Shown here piece by piece: positions 1 through 7,652 of a DNA stretch of 64,000 nt. A model generated the notes under the pieces. It saw nothing but the letters and a program-made list of their open reading frames with translations. It had not been told where the DNA came from and did no database searches. The translations under genes and the position numbers were made by a program. This DNA is from Escherichia phage EJP2: sequence record OQ411014.1; one strand, 5' to 3'. Every line of letters starts with the position of its first letter. Positions within the stretch are counted from its first letter, which is position 1.

Positions 1-57
1 GCACAGTACTGAAAAAGGCGTATAATGTTTTACATCGAGAGGGGGAATACTTCTCCC
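1..57 (+). promoter_or_regulatory. early promoter (5'-truncated by window; -10 TATAAT 21-26) plus leader hairpin 41-57
   Basis: Same cassette as 13 later copies; stem GGGGGAA/TTCTCCC with one G-U pair. Confidence 0.5.
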
Positions 58-78
58 TGGTACATTAAGGAATAAAAA

Positions 79-225
79 ATGAAAGCATCAAAAAAACGTA
101 ATACCAAGAAATCATCTTCAACGTTCGCAGGTGTATTCCCTTTGCGTTTTGTGGATGAAGTAGTTTCCTACCCGCCGGGTCTTACTCCTGAGATTGTAGA
201 AAGTTTGCGTAAATCTCAAAAATAG
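79..225 (+). CDS. small basic early protein (48 aa)
   Basis: ATG 79 after RBS AAGGAA; TAG 223-225; not in ORF track (<60 aa); read directly. Confidence 0.45.
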   Translation: MKASKKRNTKKSSSTFAGVFPLRFVDEVVSYPPGLTPEIVESLRKSQK

Positions 226-228
226 TAC

Positions 229-288
229 TTGCATAGTACTGAAAAAAGCGTATACTGTTTTACATAGGGGGAGAAACAACTTCCCCCA
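229..288 (+). promoter_or_regulatory. early promoter + leader hairpin
   Basis: -35 TTGCAT 229-234, 16-nt spacer, -10 TATACT 251-256; hairpin GGGGGAG..CTTCCCCC ~266-288. Confidence 0.6.
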
Positions 289-309
289 CTAATTAAGAGA
301 GAAATAAAA

Positions 310-603
310 ATGGCTAAGTATTGCAGAGAGTGCGGCGGTTTGTGTGTAGTTGATGTTTTCGGTATTTCTAACCACATTTACGAAAACGGCGAAATCCATT
401 ACGTGTTAGACGGTGATCATGTAGCTATTCCTGAGCATGAAGAAGTGTTGACAAATGAGGAAGTTTATGATTTTTGTTATGATTATTACACTGATCACGG
501 AGAGTACCCTATGGAGTGCGAATTGTCAAACGGTTATGTACTTTCTTTCGATGAAATCATGAAAGAACTAACCGAAGACCAAAAGAAAGAAATCGAAAAA
601 TAG
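310..603 (+). CDS. hypothetical early protein, Cys-containing (97 aa)
   Basis: ORF track; RBS AAGAGAGA upstream; promoter cassette upstream. Confidence 0.65.
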   Translation: MAKYCRECGGLCVVDVFGISNHIYENGEIHYVLDGDHVAIPEHEEVLTNEEVYDFCYDYYTDHGEYPMECELSNGYVLSFDEIMKELTEDQKKEIEK

Positions 604-606
604 TAC

Positions 607-669
607 TTGCATAGTACTGAAAAAAGCGTATACTGTTTTACATAGGGCGGGGGAATAGTTCTCCCGCCT
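607..669 (+). promoter_or_regulatory. early promoter + leader hairpin
   Basis: -35 TTGCAT 607-612, -10 TATACT 629-634; hairpin GGCGGGGGAA..TTCTCCCGCC. Confidence 0.6.
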
Positions 670-689
670 GGTTAAGAGGAAGTAAAAAA

Positions 690-947
690 ATGGAACAACA
701 TACTCAATATCGTTTTAATGAATACGCGTTCTCTTATGTTGAAGATCATAAAGAACTGCCTGTTAATACTCCTACCCGTGGTAAAGTATATCGCGGTTAT
801 TCCTGGAATCATAGCAAAGATGGTTACACTCATCAAGTAACCGCAATGTACATAGGGGATGGCAACTGGATCAATCCTGATAATCCTGAGTCAATCCAGG
901 ACGTGGAAGCAATGCAATGGTGCGATTATATTGAATGCGTACACTAA
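690..947 (+). CDS. hypothetical early protein (85 aa)
   Basis: ORF track; RBS AAGAGGAAG; promoter cassette upstream. Confidence 0.65.
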   Translation: MEQHTQYRFNEYAFSYVEDHKELPVNTPTRGKVYRGYSWNHSKDGYTHQVTAMYIGDGNWINPDNPESIQDVEAMQWCDYIECVH

Positions 948-956
948 AAAATTAGT

Positions 957-1017
957 TTGACAGTACTGAATAATAGCGTATAATGTTTTACATAGAGAGC
1001 GGGAATAGTTCCCGCCT
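957..1017 (+). promoter_or_regulatory. early promoter + leader hairpin
   Basis: -35 TTGACA 957-962, -10 TATAAT 979-984; hairpin GAGCGGGAA..TTCCCGCCTC. Confidence 0.6.
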
Positions 1018-1037
1018 CATATTAAGGAATTAAAAAA

Positions 1038-1295
1038 ATGAAAGTACAAATTAATGCAACCTCCTGGGTATTACGTCGTGATTCCGAACTGGTACAAGAT
1101 ACTCCTACTACCCGCCGCTTTTTCGATGATCATGGTGTTGTGTATGAGCAAAATAAAGATCAATTAGAATATCATGAATCTATGGCAGTGGTTGATATTC
1201 CTTGCGAGACTGTACAGGATATTCAACAGTACTGCAAGAAGTACAACGCAAAAATTGAAATCCAAAATGAAACGGCATTGATTAGTTTTTTCTAA
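1038..1295 (+). CDS. hypothetical early protein (85 aa)
   Basis: ORF track; RBS TAAGGAAT; promoter upstream. Confidence 0.65.
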   Translation: MKVQINATSWVLRRDSELVQDTPTTRRFFDDHGVVYEQNKDQLEYHESMAVVDIPCETVQDIQQYCKKYNAKIEIQNETALISFF

Positions 1296-1305
1296 TAAAA
1301 AGTAC

Positions 1306-1367
1306 TTGCAATTAGTTTCCAATAGCGTATAATGTTTTATATCGAGAGCGGGAATGGTTCCCGCCTC
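1306..1367 (+). promoter_or_regulatory. early promoter + leader hairpin
   Basis: -35 TTGCAA 1306-1311, -10 TATAAT 1328-1333; hairpin GAGCGGGAA..TTCCCGCCTC. Confidence 0.6.
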
Positions 1368-1386
1368 ATATTAAGGAATTAAAATC

Positions 1387-1743
1387 ATGACTATCTCTAT
1401 CGCTCAATCCAACTTTGAAAACGAAATCATCTCTACCGCCCTGCGTATGGATGACGGCATTGCTCGTATCAATTATGGTTTCAATTCAGGCGGTAATGAA
1501 GCGTATCAGTACTTTACAACTGCTGATGGCGGTGTCCTGGGTATCAATACCGTAATCGTTAATATTCAAAACATCAACTTCAATGATCCAGATGATAGCC
1601 AGTACTACATCACTGGCGTAGAAGTGAACTATGAAGATGATTCATTAACTGATGATCACACTGGCGAGACGTTAGAGAGTGCATACGCAGAAGAAGAAGA
1701 CGACGACCGCCAGGACTACTTCCCGAACGGTTTACAAGATTAA
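1387..1743 (+). CDS. hypothetical early protein, acidic C-terminus (118 aa)
   Basis: ORF track; RBS TAAGGAAT; promoter upstream. Confidence 0.65.
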   Translation: MTISIAQSNFENEIISTALRMDDGIARINYGFNSGGNEAYQYFTTADGGVLGINTVIVNIQNINFNDPDDSQYYITGVEVNYEDDSLTDDHTGETLESAYAEEEDDDRQDYFPNGLQD

Positions 1744-1748
1744 CATAG

Positions 1749-1774
1749 TGGGGGCAATAGCTCCCATTTTTTTA
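1749..1774 (+). terminator. rho-independent terminator
   Basis: Hairpin TGGGGGC..GCTCCCA followed by T7 tract. Confidence 0.55.
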
Positions 1775-1918
1775 TTCTCGTAGTACTGAATTATAGATAC
1801 AATCCCGCACCCTATGGGTTAGAGACTTTCTCGTCTTGATGTAGTAATTATACAGTACTGTAATACTATGTCAAGCGTTTAAAGTACATTTATTTTAAAA
1901 AGTATTTGTAGAAAGTAC

Positions 1919-1946
1919 TTGCACAGTACTGATAAAAGCGTATAAT
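1919..1946 (+). promoter_or_regulatory. early promoter
   Basis: -35 TTGCAC 1919-1924, -10 TATAAT 1941-1946; unusually long (~85 nt) leader before ATG 2050. Confidence 0.55.
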
Positions 1947-2049
1947 GTATTACATCAAGACGGGGAAGACAAGTAGACATCCTGTAAGTCGTACGAAAAC
2001 CAGGACACGGATTGATAAACCTAACTACTTTAATATAAGGAATACTATC

Positions 2050-2646
2050 ATGGCTAAAAATATTGTTACTCTGAAATCTGCTTTAGAATCTCATAACATC
2101 GAATCACTCGCGGCAAAACTCGCTGATATGGCTGACCGTGACGGGATCAAAAAGATGGGCTTAACGTTTTCCCTGGCTGTTAAACGTGCTCAAGATATTA
2201 GTAAGGAGCGTGCAGTACTGCAAGCCAAATTGAAAGAAGAAGCAGCAGAACGCCGCCGTCAATCTCTTATCAGTACTGTAGCAGCACGAAACGAAGCTCG
2301 CACCGCTGAGATGGAAAAGGAACTGCAAGCCCGTAAAGAAGAAGCTGAGGCGATGATCCAGAATATGATTGAGACTATGGGCTTTGATCTTGAAGTCGCC
2401 CAGGAGATGGTAAACGTCGCTATGCAGAAGAAATATAATGACAACAGCAAATCATTTACTTTCAACCGTACAGCAGTTCACTTCAACGGCAAAACATATA
2501 ACATGGGCGTAACTGGTAACATGCCGGACGTTCTCAAAGAAGCCGTAGCGAATTCTGGCCTGTCACGTGCAGACTTTATCAGAGAGTACGCCATTGATAA
2601 AGACGATGCGGAGCGTATCATTGCCCTTAAAAATGGTGTGAACTGA
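2050..2646 (+). CDS. hypothetical protein, predicted coiled-coil (198 aa)
   Basis: Internal ATG 2050 with RBS AAGGAAT preferred; listed ORF start 1945 lies inside the -10 box. Confidence 0.6.
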   Translation: MAKNIVTLKSALESHNIESLAAKLADMADRDGIKKMGLTFSLAVKRAQDISKERAVLQAKLKEEAAERRRQSLISTVAARNEARTAEMEKELQARKEEAEAMIQNMIETMGFDLEVAQEMVNVAMQKKYNDNSKSFTFNRTAVHFNGKTYNMGVTGNMPDVLKEAVANSGLSRADFIREYAIDKDDAERIIALKNGVN

Positions 2647-2846
2647 TGCAAGTCCTAAGCTCAATCATCGCCCCAGGTAGTGCAAAGCGTATCACTACCA
2701 ACAAGGGATTGCATACAGTGATTCAAACCGATTGGATAGCTGTAATGATTGATTCTATCAGTACTGAATTGTATATGTATCACAGTACTGAGGGGAATAG
2801 ATTTGTAATACACAAAGGTAAAAATTATTTGGTTGATGTACTATAA
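2646..2846 (+). CDS. hypothetical protein (66 aa)
   Basis: ORF track; ATGA start/stop overlap with upstream gene. Confidence 0.45.
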   Translation: MQVLSSIIAPGSAKRITTNKGLHTVIQTDWIAVMIDSISTELYMYHSTEGNRFVIHKGKNYLVDVL

Positions 2847-2851
2847 ACTAC

Positions 2852-2911
2852 TTGCCAGTACTAAAGAATAGTGTATAATGTTTTACATAGAGCGGGGGAA
2901 CAGTTCTCCCG
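2852..2911 (+). promoter_or_regulatory. early promoter + leader hairpin
   Basis: -35 TTGCCA 2852-2857, -10 TATAAT 2874-2879; hairpin GCGGGGGAA..TTCTCCCGC. Confidence 0.55.
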
Positions 2912-2931
2912 CAGTTTAAAGGAAACAAAAC

Positions 2932-3120
2932 ATGTTACAACTGTCCGAAGTACTGGTTAAAGATCAATGGGGCAATCCTGGTAGTAATATCATTGTACGC
3001 GATAATAAAGCAACGTTTATCACTAATGAAGGGGCGTTGACACGTAGCATAAAGAATAAAGCCGTTACTATCAACAACGTTCGCTATCGTCTCGATTCTC
3101 ACCTTGTAACAGTACTGTAA
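2932..3120 (+). CDS. hypothetical early protein (62 aa)
   Basis: ORF track; RBS AAAGGAAAC. Confidence 0.6.
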   Translation: MLQLSEVLVKDQWGNPGSNIIVRDNKATFITNEGALTRSIKNKAVTINNVRYRLDSHLVTVL

Positions 3121-3131
3121 GGAGTATTACA

Positions 3132-3308
3132 ATGATTCACGTAGAATTAAGCACTATTAAAGAACTATTCTATAAACTCGGTCAGGCGGGGGAGTACCCT
3201 ACTAATGACACCGCCCGTTTGTTTAACTCCTTAGACAACTGGCAAAAAGGCGAACTATCTGAAGCCTGGAGACAAGGAAAGGAAGATCAAAAAGCACTTG
3301 CAAAGTAA
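3132..3308 (+). CDS. hypothetical small protein (58 aa)
   Basis: ATG 3132 after RBS AAGGAG; TAA 3306-3308; not in ORF track; read directly. Confidence 0.4.
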   Translation: MIHVELSTIKELFYKLGQAGEYPTNDTARLFNSLDNWQKGELSEAWRQGKEDQKALAK

Positions 3309-3362
3309 TCTGATTAATGTATAATGTTTTGCATAGGGGGAAACAACTTCCCCCACTAATTA
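3299..3362 (+). promoter_or_regulatory. early promoter + leader hairpin
   Basis: -35 TTGCAA 3299-3304, -10 TATAAT 3320-3325; hairpin GGGGGAAAC..TTCCCCC; overlaps 3' end of upstream small ORF. Confidence 0.55.
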
Positions 3363-3373
3363 AGGAATAAAAA

Positions 3374-3661
3374 ATGAAAGCTCAAGCCAAATACTTTGAA
3401 AACGTTTTTGATGGTCGTGATGCAGAATGTACCCGCCTGATCGCTGGTGGACTGGTTAAAGGTGCGGTAGTACTGGCAACGGACTTAAACAAAGTAAACA
3501 AGAATAATCCATTCCGTGAATTGTGTAAAGAGATGGAAACGATCACAGTACTGGAATCTCCTTTCAACGATAAGCGTACTGGTATTCCGTCAATGGTCGT
3601 GTACCATAAAGAAACTAATCAACAACGTTTGGTTAGTGCCAGGAACTGGATTGCAATGTAA
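3374..3661 (+). CDS. hypothetical early protein (95 aa)
   Basis: ORF track; RBS TAAGGAAT. Confidence 0.65.
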   Translation: MKAQAKYFENVFDGRDAECTRLIAGGLVKGAVVLATDLNKVNKNNPFRELCKEMETITVLESPFNDKRTGIPSMVVYHKETNQQRLVSARNWIAM

Positions 3662-3668
3662 AAAAGTA

Positions 3669-3730
3669 CTTGCATTGTAATCTGATTAATGTATAATGTT
3701 TTGCATAGGGGGAAACATCTTCCCCCACTA
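3669..3730 (+). promoter_or_regulatory. early promoter + leader hairpin
   Basis: -35 TTGCAT 3669-3674, -10 TATAAT 3691-3696; hairpin GGGGGAAAC..TTCCCCC. Confidence 0.6.
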
Positions 3731-3745
3731 ATTAAGGAAAGTAAA

Positions 3746-3904
3746 ATGAATAATTCAGCACAGTATCAACCAACGGAAAACATCGTAATCGGTAACGGCC
3801 TGGGTATGCATCGATTCAGTACTAACCAATCATACACTGAAAGAGCATTACGGGCTATGTGTATCAGTGCAAAACAGATTGCAATGTACTTCAAAAAGAA
3901 ATAA
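3746..3904 (+). CDS. hypothetical small protein (52 aa)
   Basis: Internal ATG 3746 after RBS TAAGGAAAG; listed ORF start 3689 lies inside the promoter. Confidence 0.5.
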   Translation: MNNSAQYQPTENIVIGNGLGMHRFSTNQSYTERALRAMCISAKQIAMYFKKK

Positions 3905-3950
3905 GAAAATAGGGGTTGACTTAGGTTAGCCCCTTTGGTATTATGTATTC

Positions 3951-4045
3951 ATTGAAACAACATAGCCCACAGGGTGCAGAGAAGTAAGTGTTTAATAATT
4001 AATTTCCGTGAGTAACTATCTGTCCAGCCAGGGGTGAACTATTTT
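3951..4045 (+). ncRNA. candidate small RNA, copy 1 of a paralogous pair (promoter -35 TTGACT 3916-3921, -10 TATTAT 3939-3944)
   Basis: No ORF; 33-nt block GAAACAACATAGCCCACAGGGTGCAGAGAAGTA and CGTGAGTAACTATCTG shared with copy at 7482-7590. Confidence 0.35.
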
Positions 4046-4125
4046 ATAATTACTATTGACATAATCAAATCAGTACTGTAATCTATACATATATTAACGC
4101 AATACCTAACCTAAAGGGCAAGACC

Positions 4126-4269
4126 ATGAACAATGAGAACGTATACAACAAAGTGCAATCTAAAATCAATTCTGAGCTAACCATCGCCCAACTTGACTTG
4201 ATTGACGAAATGTTATTCTCAAACCGTTCTTTGAAAGATATCATCAAAGCAGTAAAGGCGGCAGCATGA
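4126..4269 (+). CDS. hypothetical small protein (47 aa)
   Basis: ATG 4126, TGA 4267-4269, ATGA overlap with next gene; read directly. Confidence 0.4.
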   Translation: MNNENVYNKVQSKINSELTIAQLDLIDEMLFSNRSLKDIIKAVKAAA

Positions 4270-4583
4270 AAAAGTTATTACTGTCTTTATTACTGGTTAG
4301 TACTTCCTCGATGGCTGAGAATAACATTACTAAAGCTCTCAAGGAAGATCCCTGGCCTGTTTACAAGTGCACTCTGTTAGTAAATGATAAGGAAGTACTG
4401 ACCACTACTAACAAGGAAGAATATAAATCCTATTCAATGCACCCGCGAAACATGCACGTTTATACTTATCCCATCAGTGAAGCGGCGGCCTTTCGCCTGG
4501 TGGTGTCAGATAATCAAGCCACTGGCATCATGTATCACAACAACGAGATAGTAAGCACATATAGCGGAACGTGCACTAAGTAA
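4266..4583 (+). CDS. putative secreted protein with N-terminal signal peptide (105 aa)
   Basis: N-terminus MKKLLLSLLLVSTSSMA is signal-peptide-like; ORF track. Confidence 0.6.
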   Translation: MKKLLLSLLLVSTSSMAENNITKALKEDPWPVYKCTLLVNDKEVLTTTNKEEYKSYSMHPRNMHVYTYPISEAAAFRLVVSDNQATGIMYHNNEIVSTYSGTCTK

Positions 4584-4588
4584 ATGTA

Positions 4589-4614
4589 AAGCCTCCAATG
4601 TTGGGGGCTTTTTT
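4589..4614 (+). terminator. rho-independent terminator
   Basis: Hairpin AAGCCTCCAA..TTGGGGGCTT followed by TTTTTT. Confidence 0.65.
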
Positions 4615-4666
4615 GTATGTATATCAGTACTATAAAAGTATTTTTAAAATACTTTGCAAAAAGTAC

Positions 4667-4730
4667 TTGCACTGTACTGATAAAAGCGTATAATGTTTTA
4701 CATCGAGAGGGGGAAACGGTTCAACCTCAG
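4667..4730 (+). promoter_or_regulatory. early promoter + leader hairpin
   Basis: -35 TTGCAC 4667-4672, -10 TATAAT 4689-4694; imperfect leader hairpin. Confidence 0.55.
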
Positions 4731-4747
4731 AAATTAAGGAAAACAAC

Positions 4748-4858
4748 ATGAAAGCTCAAGCGACCCTGAATAGTACTATCAAAGCTAACAAAATCAATCG
4801 TCTTTACCTTGGTCTGGCTGTTGTCCTGGTAATCGCATTAAGCCTGAATATCGGTTAA
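4748..4858 (+). CDS. small hydrophobic peptide, predicted single TM helix (36 aa)
   Basis: ATG 4748 after RBS TAAGGAAA; TAA 4856-4858; read directly. Confidence 0.35.
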   Translation: MKAQATLNSTIKANKINRLYLGLAVVLVIALSLNIG

Positions 4859-4879
4859 TAAAAAACTTTCGCAGTACTG

Positions 4880-4907
4880 TTGACAACCTCTCCAGTACTG
4901 CTATAAT
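4880..4907 (+). promoter_or_regulatory. sigma70-like promoter
   Basis: -35 TTGACA 4880-4885, 16-nt spacer, -10 TATAAT 4902-4907. Confidence 0.55.
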
Positions 4908-4943
4908 AAATGTACTTTCAAAACATATTAAGGAATTAAAATC

Positions 4944-5276
4944 ATGACTACTTCTAACATCGAAATCATCAACACCGTAGCAATCGAAACTGTTCTGTCC
5001 TTTGATGTTCAAGCAAAACGCTGGACCGATACTTATGGCAATACTTACTTCTCTGTTGTAGTATCGGCAGAACAAGAAAAAGAATATGTAGAACTTGGTG
5101 CGGTTAGTTTCGCGTACGGTTACGATGAAGCATACGCCTACAAAGCAGTTGAAATCATCAAGGAAACCGTAACAGGTATTACATCAGAAGAGTCATCCCT
5201 GTGGCGTTTAATGGATGACCTTAAGTTATCTTGTAACACTAAAGCGACTAATGTCAAGCGTAAAAAAGATTTGTAA
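4944..5276 (+). CDS. hypothetical protein (110 aa)
   Basis: ORF track; RBS TAAGGAAT. Confidence 0.65.
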   Translation: MTTSNIEIINTVAIETVLSFDVQAKRWTDTYGNTYFSVVVSAEQEKEYVELGAVSFAYGYDEAYAYKAVEIIKETVTGITSEESSLWRLMDDLKLSCNTKATNVKRKKDL

Positions 5277-5357
5277 TTGACTTGATTTATTGTGCTGGTG
5301 GTCCTATACTATCAGCACGCATTAAAACTAATTAAACAAACCGAAGGATATACCCAG

Positions 5358-5654
5358 ATGATCAAATATTTCAATACTCGTACCGAAGCCCGTGCTTTTG
5401 CTGCTGCTAACAACACCAAGGTAATTGATAACACCACCGCAGCGGAAAAGGGTAAACGCTGGGAAGTCCAAGTGATGGACGCGATGGACAAGGTAAACGA
5501 AGTACTAGAAATGGTTCAAGAAGAAGTCCCAGACCTCAAACCATTACCAGTACTGAAAGCTCCTGCGGTCATCGTACGCAACCATAAAGAGTACAAGAAA
5601 GATCGCAAAGGTAACACCGTCACAGTATACAGCAAACGTAAACAAGTACTATAA
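5358..5654 (+). CDS. hypothetical protein (98 aa)
   Basis: Internal ATG 5358 with RBS GAAGGA preferred over listed start 5292. Confidence 0.5.
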   Translation: MIKYFNTRTEARAFAAANNTKVIDNTTAAEKGKRWEVQVMDAMDKVNEVLEMVQEEVPDLKPLPVLKAPAVIVRNHKEYKKDRKGNTVTVYSKRKQVL

Positions 5655-5700
5655 CGAAAACTGGGGGGAGGATATCCCCCACTATTAAAGGAATGTAATC

Positions 5701-5940
5701 ATGGCAGCTAAAAAACCATTAGTGTATCATTCAGTTATTATTAATAACAAACGTTACAAAATGTCCGAAGGTCTAGCACAGGTAACTAATGTTCAATTGA
5801 TCTTGGACAAGTTAACCCCAGAAGAGGCCCAGATGACGGTAATACAAGCTAAGAAGATGCGTCCAGGGTATTCAAATCATCCAGTTATATCCATGCTGTT
5901 AAACCTTATCATAGTTGGAGCAAGTAAGAAGATATGCTAA
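5701..5940 (+). CDS. hypothetical protein (79 aa)
   Basis: ORF track; RBS AAAGGAAT; hairpin GGGGGGAGGATATCCCCCC upstream. Confidence 0.55.
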   Translation: MAAKKPLVYHSVIINNKRYKMSEGLAQVTNVQLILDKLTPEEAQMTVIQAKKMRPGYSNHPVISMLLNLIIVGASKKIC

Positions 5941-6104
5941 ACGTCTACCAGGAAACAGTAAAGACATTAAAGGGGTTGAATGCATCACGTGATGTTATCT
6001 ATTTTGTTTCACAAAACGCCTTTGAGTTGCAATCTATGCACGACACAGGAAAGACATTAGAGGAAATAGTACAGTACTGCGTAGATGAGGCTAACAAGCA
6101 TTAA
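5934..6104 (+). CDS. hypothetical small protein (56 aa)
   Basis: ATG 5934 overlapping upstream stop; TAA 6102-6104; read directly. Confidence 0.35.
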   Translation: MLNVYQETVKTLKGLNASRDVIYFVSQNAFELQSMHDTGKTLEEIVQYCVDEANKH

Positions 6105-6202
6105 AACGCTGCTGGTGGTGTGGTAGTACTATAAAGTGAATAACCTCGTTAGAGAGCGTTACAGGACGTTTTAGAGTACTATAAAAATATATCAAAAAGA
6201 TG

Positions 6203-6265
6203 TAGACATTAGAACTTAATAGCGTATAATGTTTTACATCGAGAGGGGGAATACTTCTTCCTCAG
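6203..6265 (+). promoter_or_regulatory. early promoter + leader hairpin
   Basis: -35 TAGACA 6203-6208, -10 TATAAT 6225-6230; hairpin AGGGGGAATACTTCTTCCTC. Confidence 0.5.
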
Positions 6266-6284
6266 TATTAAAAAGGTTTATAAC

Positions 6285-6512
6285 ATGACTACTCTTAACG
6301 CACTTCAAATCAGTACTGCCGCTAAAACTCTGGGCGAAATCATGCAAGCTCAATATGTTGTTACTCGTTTTAGTACTAAAGAATGCATTATGATGGTTTC
6401 TAAAGATAGCACCGCGAAACTGGTAATCGAGAATGGTATTGCGAAAGTATATTCTACGCGTGACAATACTGTGCAAAATACTGTTCAAGTACTTGTTGAC
6501 ATCGAAGCATAA
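6285..6512 (+). CDS. hypothetical early protein (75 aa)
   Basis: ORF track; promoter cassette upstream. Confidence 0.6.
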   Translation: MTTLNALQISTAAKTLGEIMQAQYVVTRFSTKECIMMVSKDSTAKLVIENGIAKVYSTRDNTVQNTVQVLVDIEA

Positions 6513-6560
6513 CAGTACTATAATCTCTTTTATCAACTACACGGAATAGGAAACATCATC

Positions 6561-7154
6561 ATGCGTTTTTACAATAAATTTTTACGTTCTCTGGATGGCC
6601 TGACTAATGACCAAATGATCCAGGCGTGCAAAGATGCAGGCTTAGAGATGGTAGGGCGTGGTTCTTCGCGTGTAGTGTATGCTATCAATGACAAGCTCGT
6701 TATTAAGATCGCATTAAACAGTGTAGGCATTACTCAGAACAAAAATGAAACAAAGATCCATTTTTGTATTAAAAACGAATTCATCGGCCTGTCAAAGTAC
6801 TTTGCACGTGTTTACCCTAACCTGGCTGACCGCAAAGATATTACATTAGTAATGGAACGAGTAGAAACCAAGTTTAAAGGCCGTATTAAGTATTCTACCG
6901 CGTTAACTGTCGTTCGCTTTTCTCCTGCCAGGGCGAAAGTATGTGATATTCATAAGGCCGCTTTAAAGCACTTACAGGCGGTTAGTACTCTGGACGAGTA
7001 TATGAATACTTGCAACGCTACCGACCTGCACGCAAAGAATATAGGCATTAACGACAAAGGACAAGTAAAGATCCTCGATTATGGTTTTAGTCCTGTACTG
7101 CGTAACAAGTATTTTCACGGTCGCATAAAAAATAAAAAAGAAGTACTTGCATAG
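6561..7154 (+). CDS. putative protein kinase-like protein (197 aa)
   Basis: Gly-rich loop GRGSSRVVY, VIKI lysine strand, catalytic-loop-like DLHAKNIGIN and DFG-like KILDYGF; by eye only. Confidence 0.5.
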   Translation: MRFYNKFLRSLDGLTNDQMIQACKDAGLEMVGRGSSRVVYAINDKLVIKIALNSVGITQNKNETKIHFCIKNEFIGLSKYFARVYPNLADRKDITLVMERVETKFKGRIKYSTALTVVRFSPARAKVCDIHKAALKHLQAVSTLDEYMNTCNATDLHAKNIGINDKGQVKILDYGFSPVLRNKYFHGRIKNKKEVLA

Positions 7155-7210
7155 TACTGAGATTCGCGTATAATGTTTTATATCGAGAGGGGGAATACTT
7201 CTCCCTCAGT
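7147..7210 (+). promoter_or_regulatory. early promoter + leader hairpin
   Basis: -35 TTGCAT 7147-7152, -10 TATAAT 7169-7174; hairpin GAGGGGGAATACTTCTCCCTC. Confidence 0.6.
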
Positions 7211-7226
7211 TAAGGAGTAAAACATT

Positions 7227-7427
7227 ATGTCTATTGCTATCGCACTGGTTGAAGTACTGAAAGAAGCTAAAGCCAACCTTATCGATGTACAGATTAAGGA
7301 ATTGCAAAATGGCTTAATCGGCTGCACTTGTAGTACTGGTTGCGGTTCTGATTATAGAGAATTCGAATCATTAGAATCATTGGTTCGTTATCTTACAATC
7401 ATAGTGGACGATTGGAAACTAATCTAA
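7227..7427 (+). CDS. hypothetical Cys-rich small protein (66 aa)
   Basis: ORF track; RBS TAAGGAGT; motif GCTCSTGCG. Confidence 0.6.
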   Translation: MSIAIALVEVLKEAKANLIDVQIKELQNGLIGCTCSTGCGSDYREFESLESLVRYLTIIVDDWKLI

Positions 7428-7481
7428 AAAAATATTAAAAAAGGAGTTGACTTCGGTTAGCTCCTTTAGTACTATATACGC

Positions 7482-7590
7482 ATCGAAACAATATAGCCCA
7501 CAGGGTGCAGAGAAGTATCTATAAGATAGTTAATAACGGTGAGTAACTATCTGCTGGTGGAAGTACTACCTGTACGCCAGGGAGTGAAAT
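7482..7590 (+). ncRNA. candidate small RNA, copy 2 of paralogous pair (promoter -35 TTGACT 7446-7451, -10 TACTAT 7470-7475)
   Basis: No ORF; shares conserved blocks with 3951-4045 (one mismatch in 33 nt). Confidence 0.35.
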
Positions 7591-7652
7591 ATATTTGCAA
7601 AACAATATCAGTACTGATATACTGCAAGCCTTAACTAATGAGGAATACTATC

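Noticed and set aside
1945-2049. 5' extensions of listed ORFs (1945, 3689, 27076, 39061, 40740, 47017, 58654, 61161)
   Set aside because: The listed starts are GTG/TTG or ATG codons inside a promoter -10 box or deep inside the upstream gene; an internal ATG with RBS and agreement with paralog N-termini was preferred.
2259-2465. Other minus-strand ORFs in the track overlapping plus-strand genes (also 3382-3567, 4794-5075, 6234-6536, 9808-10050, 10384-10689, 14791-15093, 16148-16722, 37524-37820, 38254-39081, 39510-39758, 47786-48073, 48787-49229, 50255-50780, 57032-57636, 62710-63006 and similar)
   Set aside because: Each is antisense to a plus-strand gene with RBS, promoter or motif support; none has its own RBS or promoter.
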